Shown: positions 1-13,862, numbered from the stretch's first letter. The stretch: 64,000 nucleotides of DNA from Eledone cirrhosa (GCA_964016885.1 OZ024742.1:202120001-202184000), one strand, 5' to 3'. Made by a program: numbers and translations. Notes: generated by a model from the sequence alone, not told the origin.

Positions 1-120
1 TAGCTTTGCCTTTCATCCTTACGTGGTCGATGAAATAAAGCACCAGTAATGCACTTGGGTCGATTTAATGGACTTTCGCCTCCCCAAAAATTGCTGGCAT
101 TGTACCTATAGTAGAAATCC
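1..120 (+). mobile_element. 3' part of tRNA-derived SINE (window-truncated)
   Basis: ctttgcctttcatccttacg..gtcgat.aaataa..accagtaatgcact...ttgctggc.ttgt.cct matches the other SINE copies in the window (10066, 13985, 28206). Confidence 0.85.
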
Positions 121-179
121 CTATTAGTTCTCTGTATTTACTCGAATGTATTAATGTATCTTTATATATATATATATAC

Positions 180-378
180 ATGTCAAGTTGAATTGAATAG
201 ACCTGTTATTTTTATCTAAAGACATTTTTTCCAATTTCACCCCATTTCCACTATTTCTACTGATGAAGGACTAGCGTCCAAAACGTTATGACCCTCTTCC
301 AGCTATTTCAAGCGTAAACCTACTACATCCCTTCCATATGCTGGACCGATTGTGTTGTTATTTCTGTTTACTTTTTAC
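180..378 (+). mobile_element. short TA-flanked element with degenerate hammerhead-like motif (Penelope pLTR-like remnant)
   Basis: Lies between (TA)n tracts. CTGATGA-A-GGAC-tagc-GTCC-AAAAC-GTTA at 260-288; the GAAA box reads AAAA. Confidence 0.4.
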
Positions 379-382
379 ATAC

Positions 383-422
<40 letters not shown>

Positions 423-2556
423 GGGGGGGGGGCTATATATATATGTATATATATATACATATATATGTATAGACACACACACTTTCTCCTTGCCGGATGC
501 CAACCAACCTCCCTATTTTAGTCTCTTGTTAGAAACATTAATTTCCTGATCCACGAAATTTTCAGGACGGAATGAAGAATTCTTGGAATGAAAAACAAGT
601 TCCTGCTATACACCCTCTGACCTGACCTAATTCTTCCGTGCAGACCATCGTTAGAGGGCGGGGCGGCGAAGCCGAACAATTGTTGTATAAAAGGAGGTTG
701 GGTTATTTATAGTGCCAGTTGTATTGTACTTGATAATTGTTGTTGTTATTGTGGTAGTGTTGGTGGGGATTGAGGTTGTACTGAGGTAATTATTTCTACT
801 CTCTATCCCACTCACTTTCTCTCTTTTTCTGGCATAAATCATCTGTGTCCAAACCTGGGAAGGGATTGGTTCAGCCAGGTTTAAATAATGTAGACGTATA
901 TATCGAAGGTACATCTACAATCTGTCAAGAATCTGAAGGCCAGCAAATGGCTGCAATGTATGGAGCTGTAGTAGATGCGTGTGTGTGAGGGGGGGGGGGG
1001 CTCATGACATGGGGCGTACTTTAGGCATTTAAGGTAGGTGGAGCCCATCCTTCTCCAGGTCAAACAGAGCCGATTTTTTTCAGAGAGAGAAAGAGAGAGC
1101 GAGTAGGGAAGAATCAAACTTAATACTACAATGGAAAAATGAAAGGCAGAGCTCACCGCATCTGGATTTGAACTTAGGACGCAGATAGCCGGAACTGTTG
1201 CCGCTAAACATTCTGACCTACGTTCTTACGACTCTGACATTTTGCTGACTTTTTGGATGGATTGATAAATATACAGACAATGAATTTGAAGAGGCGTTAA
1301 AGTCTAGGACAAAGTATGTTGTAGTAATCATTCTATTTTAAAAACTTCGTGTTACCACCCATCAATTTTAACTTGCCTACAGTGAGGGAATCTTTAATCG
1401 CATTCATATTAATCCCTGGTACCAGTTTGAAACTAATTTCAAGTTAACCCCATAACTTTTCACATTTCCTACCTCCTTGATTTAGCTGAAATCATATTCT
1501 AACGCTTACAACTATATATTTATTGCATAGAATACATGAAATATATAAAATTTGCAACATACAAAACATGGCCGAATTTTGAAGAATTTCACTTCGCAAT
1601 AGTTATGTTCCAGATTCGCTCCCATGTCGTAGCATCTTGGGAAAGTGGTCGTTATTAAAGCTTCGGCTTGGCCCCTGCCTTGAGAGTGAAATTGTGCAGA
1701 CAGAAACTGTTTGGAAGCCTGTCGGATGGAATGAACTGTACCTGGAATTCAAAGAGCCAGCCTTGTCCCACACTTTGTCACTCAAAAAGACGCACTAATA
1801 TGAACGAGATAAGGTCGGCCCGAGCTTCAGCGAACCAGGAAACGTACGATTTCATAGAGAACTGCATAACTAGTCAGTATGCTCTACAAATGACACAGAC
1901 ATCAAGAAACAATCATCATCTGTTTACCGTATATCATCATAGTTTCAACATCTTTGGACAGAAAATTTCGGTCGTGGTCAATAGAGATAAAAAGTAGATT
2001 TTATCAATGCTTTGTAATTATACATATGAATGTCTGAAAGACTCGTCAAATAATTGTATCAAATTAATTCTGTGTTAAATGTTCCGTGTATCAAATATGT
2101 TGACACAAGCAAAAGCATTGTCTATTAGCGTTTGGCAAAAAGAAACTGTATATTATGGTGTCCATATATTATAAAAGATTCTCCTTATTAGCTATCAGAC
2201 ATAAATAGCAGTCAATGCCAGAATTTATAAATGTTATGAGGTTTCAACTGACCGTCACATACAAGACCTATATTGTAGAGTGTATCACAATAGCTCTAAT
2301 TGATTAAGTTTCTCTCATTTACCTTCTCTAATTCAGTTAGTACTCTACCTTGTTGGCTTTGATTGTTGTTGTTGTTATTGTCATTTTTCTTTGTTGTTGT
2401 TGTCATTGTTTGATATTGTTTGGCATTGTTTTTGTTGTTGTTGTTGTTAATGTTCATGATGATTGCCGCTTATTTGATATTTTCGAAATTAATTCTTACA
2501 ACAATGGGGTGAAATTCTCACTCATTTCTCTTCTCTTCATTTCCAAATAAAATTAA

Positions 2557-2819
<263 letters not shown>

Positions 2820-2884
2820 ATATATATCCGTATGTGGTTGACGGCTGAGAAAAAAGAGTACTCAATACCGAAATAGAATTGTAA

Positions 2885-2968
2885 TATTCAGTTATATTAA
2901 AGCTAAAATCTGAGTCTTCTTACTCCGGAATAACAAGACTCACATTTTAGCCTTAATATAAATGAACA
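2885..2968. repeat. imperfect palindrome, ~42-bp arms centred on CCGG
   Basis: tattcagttatattaaagctaaaatctgagtcttcttactcc / ggaataacaagactcacattttagccttaatataaatgaaca. Confidence 0.8.
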
Positions 2969-3336
2969 TATATATCTATATATCTGTGTGTGTGCGCGTG
3001 TATGGACCTACGTATTTATGGACCTACGTATGTATGTATGTGTGTGCATGTGTGCTTGTGTGAGAGCGCTTTTGTGTGCGTGTGTGTGTGATTGTGTTTG
3101 CGTGGTTTGGTGTATGTGAATGTGTAATTGTGGGTCAGTCAGTGTCTATATGTGAATATGTCTATGTGGCAATGTGTGTGCGTGTATGTTTGTGTGTGAA
3201 TGTGTATATGTATGAAACGCTAGACACTTTAAATTCTTTAAATGTTCTGCCAAACTTTTGAAAAACCTGTGACTCGATTAGCAATACTAATATGTCATCT
3301 TTTATCAGACACATATGTATGTGTGTGTGAGAACGT

Positions 3337-3954
<618 letters not shown>

Positions 3955-4899
3955 ACAGAAACGGAGGGAGGGATAGAGAAAGATGCATATATGTATGTAC
4001 ATAGATACATACATGTGTATACATATACATATCTTTCTCTAAAACTAACAAGAAAACATTAATCACTCTTCACACTACAGATATTCACAAATGATACCCT
4101 ACAACCACATATCTTCCTACTGTTTCTCTATCTTACTCTCTCTCTCTCTCACTCTCTGTCTCTCTTTCTCTCTCCTGCTGTCTCTATGAACTTGTTTCTC
4201 AGTCACACAATATGTGTTGCCAGCAGCAGTATATATAGACTACATTCGTTCCAGAAAGACATTTAACCAGATAACAACAACTTTCACGAGAAGCCATCTT
4301 AAATCTTTAAGAATACTTTCCCTTTTTTTTCATTGAATTGAAGGAATTTTACGCTTAATATGAAATTAAAAAAACCCCGCGAGATGAAAATAATGATCAT
4401 TCTCATTTTATGAAGAACAATGAATGGAATAATGTTCTTCGTGACATTTCAGGATATATTCCTTTGTGATATTGTGTAGAATTTAAGGAGTCAAAGAAAA
4501 CGTGTGAAGCTAAGAACGTCAATTATTTTTGTCAATCATTTTTGTGTTTATTTGTAACCTAGTTAAAAAAAAGAAATTCCGTCCGATAAATAAATAAATA
4601 ATAAATACTTAGAAATGCTGATGAATAATTTTCAGAGTCCTTTTACGGTTAAATATATATATATTTTATTATTTTATGGATTGTTCATTATCACACTCAC
4701 ACAAATACACATACACTCATTTACTGAACTTGATGTACGCATACACACAAATATACAAACATACATTAATAGATACATACGCACAAATATATATATATAT
4801 ATACATATGTGTGTATATATAAATATATGTATATATATATATATACATATGTGTGTAAATATATGTACCCCATGTGCAACCACGCAGCACTCCATTTTT

Positions 4900-4957
<58 letters not shown>

Positions 4958-4965
<8 letters not shown>

Positions 4966-5130
4966 TAACAGATTAAAGTTTAAGCAAAGAATCGGTGCTT
5001 TCATCCTTGACGGGATCTTTGCTTAAACTTTAATCTGTTATTTTAATAAATATTTGCTCTAGAGGTTCTTATATATTTGATATACATTTATCCTTATGGA
5101 GCCCTCTTTGGATTTTAGTCTTCACATTTA

Positions 5131-5140
<10 letters not shown>
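4958..5140. mobile_element. TA-embedded short element starting with a perfect 33-bp-arm hairpin
   Basis: 4958-4990 is the reverse complement of 5016-5048; flanked by (TA)n on both sides. Confidence 0.6.
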
Positions 5141-5161
<21 letters not shown>

Positions 5162-5162
<1 letters not shown>

Positions 5163-5821
5163 ATATAACTTAGAGTTTACACTCAATGGGGTCATTTACA
5201 ATTATTTCAGCTCTAAGAATCACTTCTGAGCAGAATAAATTAATATTTGATAAACATTTACATGTTTTAGTTGCAATTGACTAATAAAATCGTTAGAAGC
5301 GATTCTTAGAGCTGAAATAATTTTAAATGACCCCATTGAGTGTAAACTCTAAGTTATATTATATTACTGCTCCCTCAGTCGAGCTGAATTTATAATCCCA
5401 TATAAACGGCTGTTATTTGTAGCACTATGTGTTAGAGGACTGGAATAAGTCGTGTGCAAAACCTCATGTATCTTCGCTACGTTAACCAGACCTTAGATAT
5501 TTTTCTGAGGTGAAGTTACTTAATTTATCTGGGTACCTATTGATAAACACAGAAAATTAATTAACTCACTACTAATTAATTATTTCACTATTATACCATC
5601 CTTTGTGAAACATGTTTAAAGTTTGAAGTTCTGACCGATCTGCGAAAAAAGTTTGTATTTTGAAATTTAAACGTGTCTAGGTACCAAGGCCTTTTGCCCA
5701 TATGGGTTTGTGAGTATTGATTTATTATTTTTTAGATCGTACAGGCAAACTATATGTATTTCATTCTAACGATTTTATTAGTCAATTGCAACTAAAACAT
5801 GTAAATGTTTATCAAATATTA

Positions 5822-5827
<6 letters not shown>
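5162..5827. mobile_element. TA-embedded element with two interleaved inverted repeats (A-B-A'-C-B')
   Basis: A 5162-5227 vs A' 5295-5360; B 5235-5298 vs B' 5764-5827; (TA)n on both sides. Confidence 0.65.
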
Positions 5828-5887
<60 letters not shown>

Positions 5888-6147
5888 TTCAAGAGTAACC
5901 AATCTTAAAGAGAGAGATGGAAAGAGGAGAGGAGAGATTGGTGAATTAGTTAGAAGCCAAAACGTAAAGGCATGTGCTCAATGTGCAATATGCAGTAGAA
6001 AGCAGCTAGGTGGCTGAGTTCATGCAGAAGTTAGGTGCGCAGAGCTGGAAATATTCATTAGTTAAGCAAAACAATACCACACATTTCACAAGGAAGACAT
6101 TATTAAAAGATTGTCAACATATTTTAGTTTGATGTAAGGAATGTAGA

Positions 6148-6148
<1 letters not shown>

Positions 6149-6208
<60 letters not shown>
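6149..6208. repeat. (AAT)n microsatellite, target of R4/Dong insertion
   Basis: Direct reading. Confidence 0.97.
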
Positions 6209-6210
<2 letters not shown>

Positions 6211-7322
6211 CACATATCTAAGGGAATCACATGATTGGATGATCAAACTCGTTTTGAAACACGAAAGCACCAAAAGATCATATTCCATTACAAAAGATGC
6301 ACAAAGATACAGTAATGGACTACAAATTTCAGAAGTCCCATTTTCTGCTGAAATGGAAAACACAGAAAAAGCAAAGCAGGTAAAAGTAACTGCAAAGAAA
6401 GAACTGCTACAGAAACTGGCTAAGAAATGGCAAGAAAAGCCTCTGTATGGAAAATACCCAGAGCGAGCTAACAATCCTGATGTTGACAAAACTTTAACCC
6501 ATCAGTGGTTGGCATCCTCTGGACTGAAATCGGAGACTGAAGGACTGATTATATCCGCACAAGATCAGTGTCTGCCAACAAAAAATTACCAAGCCAACAT
6601 AATAAAAAATGGGTGCAGCCGTGTATGCAAAAAACAACCAGAGACCATTGACCATATAATTTCAATGTGCAGTCCTATAGCTCCAACCGAATACCTAAAC
6701 AGGCATGACAGAGCTGCACAATACATACATTGGATAATGTGCAAGCATTTTGACCTGCCCCATCAAAAGAATTGGTGGGAGCATCAACCACCTCCCATAC
6801 TTGAAAAAGATCACATCTCAATCTTGTGGAACTTTAGCATCCAAACAGACCGAAAAATAGATGCAAATAGACCTGATATAATATTGAAGGACTTTCAAAG
6901 GAGGGTATGCCTGCTAATTGATATGTCTGTTCCAATAGACAAGAATGTATCTATAAAAACATTTGAAAAATTGAGCAAGTATAAGGACCTGGAGATAGAA
7001 ATTGGAAAAATGTGGAAATTGAGAACTAAAACAATACCAGTGGTTGTAGGCGCTCTGGGAATGATACCTAAGGGGTCTAACGACTACTTATCGCAAATCC
7101 CAGGAAACCCGCGTATAGGAGAAATACAATAGATAGTACTAATGGGAACTGCCCATATACTAAGGAAGATCCTGTCAATATAAGTACATCACAAGTCTAA
7201 ACACTAAGGATGCATGTGTGAATATGTGTGTTCTTTCTTGAACATGGCGGACCTTGTTGTCTCTTGAGGTCACTGGTTGTGACTTGGTGATAACTCGTAT
7301 AAACATAAAGCAAGATAAATGC
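6209..7322 (+). mobile_element. 5'-truncated R4/Dong-like non-LTR retrotransposon, family A (zinc knuckle + PD-(D/E)xK endonuclease + 3' UTR)
   Basis: ORF 6239-7132 contains AQDQCL, SRVCKKQPETIDHIISMC (CCHC-type), RHD, RPDII...LLIDMSVP...KLSKYKDL, IPVVVGALG. A premature TAG at 7130 precedes the natural ending IVLMGTAHILRKILSI*. (AAT)n on both sides. Confidence 0.9.
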
Positions 7323-7344
7323 AAATAATAATAATAATAATAAT

Positions 7345-9292
7345 CATCACATGTCTGTCCGTAATGTGGAAACTGTTGACGAGTATTGTGTCTGAGGAAA
7401 TCTACCATCACCTCCACACAAACAACTTGTTACCGGACGAACAGAAAGGATACCGAAAGAAGTCACGGGGTACAAAGGACCAGTTGCTTATTGATAAGAT
7501 GGTAATGGGGAATTGCAGGAGGAGACACACTGATCTTGCCATGGGATGGATAGACTACAGAAAGGCATTTGACATGGTGCCTCATTCCTGGATCACAAAA
7601 AGCCTGGAGATATTCAGGGTGGCAGATAACATCAGACAGTTGCTAGGCAGGAGTATGGGGTCCTGGGAGACAGAGTTGACATCAACTGGAGTATCCTTGG
7701 GAAGCGTGAAGATCAAGAGAGGTATCTTCCAGGGAGATAGCCTGTCCCCTCTGTTGTTTGTCCTTGCCCTGATGCCCTTGACCATTATGCTGCGAAAAGT
7801 GAGAGCAGGATACAAGTTGGGAAGGGGAGAGCTTACCATCAATCACCTCCTCTTCATGGACGATCTTAAGTTCTTCGGGAAAAGTGAGAAGGAGTTGGAT
7901 GTGCTTGTTGACACTGTTCGTATTTTCAGCAGTGATATATGTATGCAGTTTGGTATTGGTAAATGTGGAGTCATTGTGATGAAGAGGGGTAGGTTGAGCA
8001 GAAGTGACGGGATCCAGATAACAACAGGTGAGATGATAAAGGAAATTGACTCTGAGGAAGGATACAAGTATTTGGGCGTTCTGGAGGCTGATGGCATAAA
8101 GAACAAAGAAATGAAGGAATTGTTAAGAACTGAATACATTCGGAGAGTAAGGAGCGTATTGAAGTCACATCTGAACAGCAGAAATGCCATAAGCGCAGTA
8201 AATTCCCGAGCTGTGTCTATTATTAGGTACAGTGCGGGAATTCTGAGATGGAATGTTGCTGAACAAAAAGAAATGGATAGGAAGACTAGGAAGCTATTGA
8301 CTATCTACAACATGTTCCACAAGAGGAGTGATGTCGATAGACTCTACCTAAGGAGATCTGAGGGTGGAAGAGGTCTTATCAGCATAGAGGACTGTGTTCA
8401 GATGGAGAAAAACAACCTATACAAATACGTGACCTATAGTAAGGAGCCAATGCTCAGAACTGTACTGAAGGAGGGGACAGTAGGCCAGGGGATGTCCAAG
8501 GAGGAAATAACATGAAGGAGGAAGAGCAGCCTTAAGGGAAAATCCCTTCATAGTACCTTCTTTGAGAAAACTGAATTTAGAGATCCACAGACATGGAACT
8601 GGTTGAGAAGAGGAGACCTCAAAAAGGCTACAGAAGGAATGCTAATGGCTGCGCAGGAGCAGGCCCTCAAAACGAAGTGGTTGAAGCACCATATCTACAA
8701 GGAGAAGGCTAGCCCACTGTGCAGGATATGTGGAGAGAGAGAGGAGACTGTGGCTCACATTGTGTCCGAGTGTAAACACCTAGCCCAGACCCACTATAAG
8801 GGCTGGAGACACGATGTGATGGGCAGGGTGATCCACTGGCACCTATGCAAAGTAAACAATTTACCACATTCTGAGAAATGGTATGAGCATAGGCCAGAGG
8901 CGGTGATGGAGAACAATCAGGTGAAGGTGTTGTGGGATTTTAGGATACAGACGGACAAAAAACTGGAACACAATAGACCTGACCTGGTGGTTGTGGACAA
9001 AGAAAAAAGATCGTGTCTGATTGTGGATGTGGCCTGCCCGTTCGACACGAGAGTGCAAGAGAAGGAGAGGGAGAAAATTAACCGATACCAGGACCTAAAG
9101 TGGGAGGTGAAAAGGATTTGGAACTGCCATGAAGTCAAAGTGATCCCGATTGTCATAGGCGCACTGGGGACTATCTCCAAAAGTTTCCAGGGATGGTTAA
9201 AGAAAATCGGCCCCTTCACGCTTTTTGGAACGCTTCAAAAGGCATGCTTGCTTGGAACAGCAAGAACCCTCCGATACGTCCTGAATATCTGA
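7345..9292 (+). pseudogene. RT-RLE polyprotein fragment with single nonsense codon (TGA 8513-8515)
   Basis: The frame continues after the stop (RRKSSLKGKSLHSTFFEKTEFRDPQTWNWLRRGDLK); 5' end starts at the ITCL motif. Confidence 0.85.
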
Positions 9293-9367
9293 GGCTGAAG
9301 GTAGTGGCTTGATATTCAATCCAACGGACTTTCCAGTTAACCAACATCAATGACTGAGATTCAAGGA
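7345..9367 (+). mobile_element. 5'-truncated R4/Dong-like non-LTR retrotransposon, family B (RT + CCHC + RLE)
   Basis: RT motifs [42 protein letters not shown]; then CRICGEREETVAHIVSEC, RHD, RPDLVVVD..IVDVACP. ORFs 7319-8515 and 8603-9292 are in the same frame, split by one TGA. Ends in an AAC/AAT tail. Confidence 0.93.
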
Positions 9368-9378
9368 ATAACAACAAC

Positions 9379-9410
<32 letters not shown>

Positions 9411-9415
<5 letters not shown>

Positions 9416-10052
9416 TCCGTTTACAATTGTTTCGCTACTCCATATAATATTTCTGGATCAGATGACTATATATCATAATTGATCTGGTTCAGTTGAAAAT
9501 AATTAACATATTTAAAAGACAGAGCGGCTCATCGGAACTTCAAAGGAATATAAATTATACATTTTTACTTGTAGCTAATAAGTTAAATTGCTATGAACAA
9601 CTTAGACAATTATGAGTTACCTCCCCTACATTGTCTCTCAATTAAAAAATTTAAAAATTAGCACTTAACTATAAATACCCACAATTTCTAATGTCTCGAG
9701 GAGTTACTTCCCCTGATACACCGTCTAATTAGTAAGATAAATATGTCCTTTGGCAGCCATCTTGTTACCCATAGGCAGATCTCACACAATGAAGCCTCGA
9801 CAGATGAATACTGCTTGATTATGGCTGACAACTGATGCAACCAAGACACCCTAGTAAAAAACCAAGATATGGAACATTATATTATGTAACATTCTCTCAT
9901 CATTTTAATTTATATTCCTTTGAAGTTCCGATGAGCCGCTCTGTCTTTTAAATATGTTAATTATTTTCAACTGAACCAGATCAATTATGATATATAATCA
10001 TCTGATCCAGAAATATTATATGGAGTAGCGAAACAATTGTAAACGGACATTA
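9411..10052. mobile_element. non-coding element with ~147-bp terminal inverted repeats, each a hammerhead-like fold (Penelope-like pLTR remnant)
   Basis: 9411-9557 is the reverse complement of 9906-10052 (one mismatch seen); flanked by (AAT)n and (ATT)n. Confidence 0.8.
9925..10044 (+). ncRNA. putative type I hammerhead ribozyme, U4C core variant, long stem II (mirror copy on - strand at ~9419-9538)
   Basis: GTT-CCGATGA-GCCGCTC...GAGTAGC-GAAAC-AATT-GTA-AAC: stem I GTT/AAC, short stem III with palindromic loop, GUA cleavage triplet. Confidence 0.6.
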
Positions 10053-10065
10053 TTATTATTAATAT

Positions 10066-10259
10066 AAGGGCGGTGGATTGGCAGTATCAGTAGAGAGTCG
10101 GACTCCCTGCTTTGACGCAGAGAGTTACAGCCCTTTACAATCTGAGTTCAAATCACGCCGAGGTTAACTTTGCATTTTATCCTTACGGGGTCGATAAAAT
10201 AAAGTACCAGTAATGTACTGGATTTTTGCTGGCCTTGTGCCAAAAGTAGAAACAATTAT
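10066..10259 (+). mobile_element. tRNA-derived SINE
   Basis: ggcggtggattggcagtatc (A-box-like), gagttcaaatc (B-box-like), conserved core ctttgc..tt.atccttacggggtcgataaaataaagtaccag, ATT tail. Confidence 0.85.
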
Positions 10260-10394
10260 TATTATTAATATTATTATTAGTATTATTATTCTCTACATTC
10301 CTTACATCAAACTAAAATATGTCGACAATCATCTTTTAATAATGTCTTCCTTGTGAAATGTGTGGTCATGCTTAACTAATGAATATATATATAT

Positions 10395-10442
<48 letters not shown>

Positions 10443-10607
10443 GTGCGTTTGTGTGTGTATATATATATATATGTGTGTGTATATATATATATAAATGTAT
10501 ATACATATATACATTCATACATACATTTATATATATTGGAAAATGTGTAAATGTCCGAGCAGTCCGCTCATACGTGGGCCCTTAATGTACAGTCAAGGAG
10601 ATTCAGT

Positions 10608-11012
10608 GTACAGTCCATCTGACTCGGCAGGCTTCTATACAAGTTTCCATTTATCCAATTCTCCTCACAAGTTTGACCCGACACTATGGTAACTTAGAAA
10701 TGCCACAAATACAACGAAGAAGGATCGATCCTGGAGCCTAAAGATTAAGAAGCAAATTTCATAACCTTTCTGTCACGCTTCGTTTACTTATGCATATTCA
10801 TATACACGTACAGTCCATCTCATTCGACGGGCATCCAAACAAACATCAATCTATAGAATTCCAATCACAAGTTTGACCATATACTATGGTAAAATGAACT
10901 TGCTGTAGATGCCAGGAAGAAGGATCAAGCCTGAAACCTAAGGATTACGAAGCCAACTTCTTCTTAATCTTTCTTTCACGCGTCGTTTAGTTATACATAT
11001 TCATATACACGT
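10608..11012. repeat. old diverged tandem duplication of a ~200-bp SINE-like unit
   Basis: Both units run from tacagtccatct...tcacaagtttgacc..actatggtaa...gaaggatc..cct..a.cctaa.gatta.gaagc to catattcatatacacgta. Confidence 0.7.
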
Positions 11013-11305
11013 AAAGATACACATACACAAGCACATACAGGCTCCGACGTAAAAATATAACAAATAATTGCAGCACGAACTTGTGTTGCGCTCATTTCAA
11101 TAAATTTATATTAGTTTTTCCATTAGTCGTTGTTGGGTTTCACACAAATTTCAAAACTTCCTTCCCGTTAATTAATATATATTCATTAATTCCAATCAGT
11201 AGTCATTACCATAATTCTCCCTTCTTTATATAGAACCATAACCTACTGCTTTCTCTCTCTGGCTCCCCTACTTTGTATCTATCTATATGTCCGTCTGACT
11301 CACCT

Positions 11306-11307
<2 letters not shown>

Positions 11308-11368
<61 letters not shown>

Positions 11369-11442
11369 TCTCTCTCCCCTCTCTCTCTCCCTCACTCTAT
11401 GTCTCTCTCTCTCTACGTATGTATGAATACACACGCACACAC

Positions 11443-11481
<39 letters not shown>

Positions 11482-11548
11482 TATATGTATATATATATTT
11501 CTGAATCTATCTATCTATCAGCCTATCTATCTATCTATCTATCTATCT
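11308..11548. repeat. (CT)n, (TA)n, (CTAT)n microsatellites
   Basis: Direct reading. Confidence 0.95.
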
Positions 11549-11909
11549 GCCTATCAATCTAACAATCTATGGATCTCTCTGTTTATCAATTTATTTTATT
11601 ATCCATCTTAGTTTTTTTCAAACATATATTTCTTCTGATTCTATATGAAACGTGTTCCATTTAGTATAATACAATTGGCCGCATTTCATGTAATTGATAT
11701 ATTTATTATATAAATTTGCACGCATTTATTAGTCTATATATGCTTGAATATATGGTTATATGTATGTAGGTATGTATGCATGATTGCATGAATCTGTATA
11801 TGTATATATATACTGTAAATAGTGATGTAATTTAATTTAAGAACTCAACGAAAATGTATCCACATTAAAGGACTTTAACATCTAAACTACTTTGTATTTC
11901 CTTATTCTA

Positions 11910-11944
<35 letters not shown>

Positions 11945-12244
11945 CTAGTTTCCACCTGTTGTTGATGGGGTCGATAACGTTGGTAGAAATCAAAGTGATA
12001 TTGAAAAGACGGTTCCAGCGACACACACACGTACATACATCATATATGCTGAAGGACCCTTCCACTGATTTAGACATGCGAATCCGAAAAGTCTATTTAG
12101 TTTGAATGTTTATATCGGCCATGAGATTTTAAGTCTGACAAGGAATTGCAAGCAAGTTCACAGATCGTGCAATGGTCAGATTTATTGGCTAATGTTGCTG
12201 GTATGATAGATAAGGCTATCTGTCCTCCTTTTTTTATTATATCC

Positions 12245-12650
12245 TATGGAGACAACCAGACACGAAGTTCCTGAACCCGTTATAACACGCACATCACCAG
12301 TTCTTCCCCTACAAGGCCAATAGCTCAAATGTCTCATATGGTATAATAGTTGCTGAAGGATTACTCTTCAGCTTGTCTTTGTACCTGAGCCCTAGCAAGC
12401 CAATATTTTTATATCCACAATCAAGCTGGCTGTACATGAGGAGTTTTGGTATTCTTTTGTCACTCATTCTGATGACATTACCAGCCCAGCCCAGCCCAGC
12501 CCTAAGAAAAGTTTCAATGCCTCCAATCTTGCGCTTAGCGATGAGGTCAGCCTTAGATATTTTGTCTTCGATTGTGTAATTACAGATTGCACGAAGACAA
12601 ATTTTAGGAAAGACTTCTAATTAGTTGATGTATATCCTATATGGAGGCCA
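12245..12650 (-). mobile_element. degenerate RTE-clade LINE ORF C-terminal remnant
   Basis: Manual minus-strand translation gives FCLRAICN..EDKISK..., GWAGNVIRMSDKRIPKLLMYSQL, LRYKDKLKSN, resembling the RTE pattern RWAGHVxRMxxxRIPKxxLYGEL...RYKDxLK. Confidence 0.7.
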
Positions 12651-13067
12651 ATATTCTGTTTATACATTTATAAACACAACCATTATGAATAACATAATGT
12701 AAGCAATCTGTGACATCTTTGCATATATATCGAAATCATATACTGTGTATCGTTAACATGACATCCTAAGCACTTCACTATGTCTCTTTATCACATACAT
12801 CGTATAACTCATACTTACTCTATGTTGAAGAATGATTTGTTGCCCAAATGTTAATAATTGATAATCTAACTTTGGTTGCAGGAAATTACAAATGAAGGGA
12901 GCCCTAAGCAACGTTCACTGAATAACACATACATAATTCAATACATGGAAAACCTTTGAAAAAGAAATTCTCTGAGCTCATGCAAATGAAATGTAACAGG
13001 AAAATTGACTCCTATTCACACATGCCCACACATATATACATCAACTCCTGGATACATGTATGTCTGC

Positions 13068-13522
<455 letters not shown>

Positions 13523-13716
13523 ATGCGAGTCAGTGTGATATTGGATGTTAGCTATATAATTATTATCGAACAATTGTGGCCATATTTGATGACAGTTGCA
13601 GGTAGATAAGTCATGTAAGACTAATAACTATATTTCACATATATAACGCTGTCAGTGAATATCACTGGCGAGTTACTGCAAGTGGTTTAATACCATAGAG
13701 CAATACACCAGGTTGA

Positions 13717-13744
13717 AGTAGTAGTAGTAGTAGTAGTAGTAGCA

Positions 13745-13823
<79 letters not shown>

Positions 13824-13862
13824 GAGTAGGAGTAGTAGTAGTAGTAGTAATATAGTAGTAGT
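13717..13862. repeat. (AGT)n microsatellite
   Basis: Direct reading; source of the poly-Leu ORF. Confidence 0.97.

Noticed and set aside
651-1156. Two short minus-strand ORFs
   Set aside because: Low complexity with no recognisable motif; possibly a decayed TE, but not supportable.
1603-1997. GC-richer unique stretch with overlapping 60-aa and 109-aa ORFs, possible host exon
   Set aside because: No recognisable domain, non-ATG starts, and no convincing splice-site pair with an open frame.
8513-8515. Programmed readthrough or selenocysteine at the single in-frame TGA of the R4 copy
   Set aside because: The copy is 5'-truncated and the site lies in a variable Arg/Lys-rich linker; a simple nonsense mutation is more parsimonious.
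7582-9219. Antisense ORFs over the R4 and CR1 coding regions
   Set aside because: Shadow ORFs of the retroelement reading frames.
10066-10160. tRNA genes
   Set aside because: The A/B-box-like motifs belong to SINE heads; no cloverleaf can be formed.
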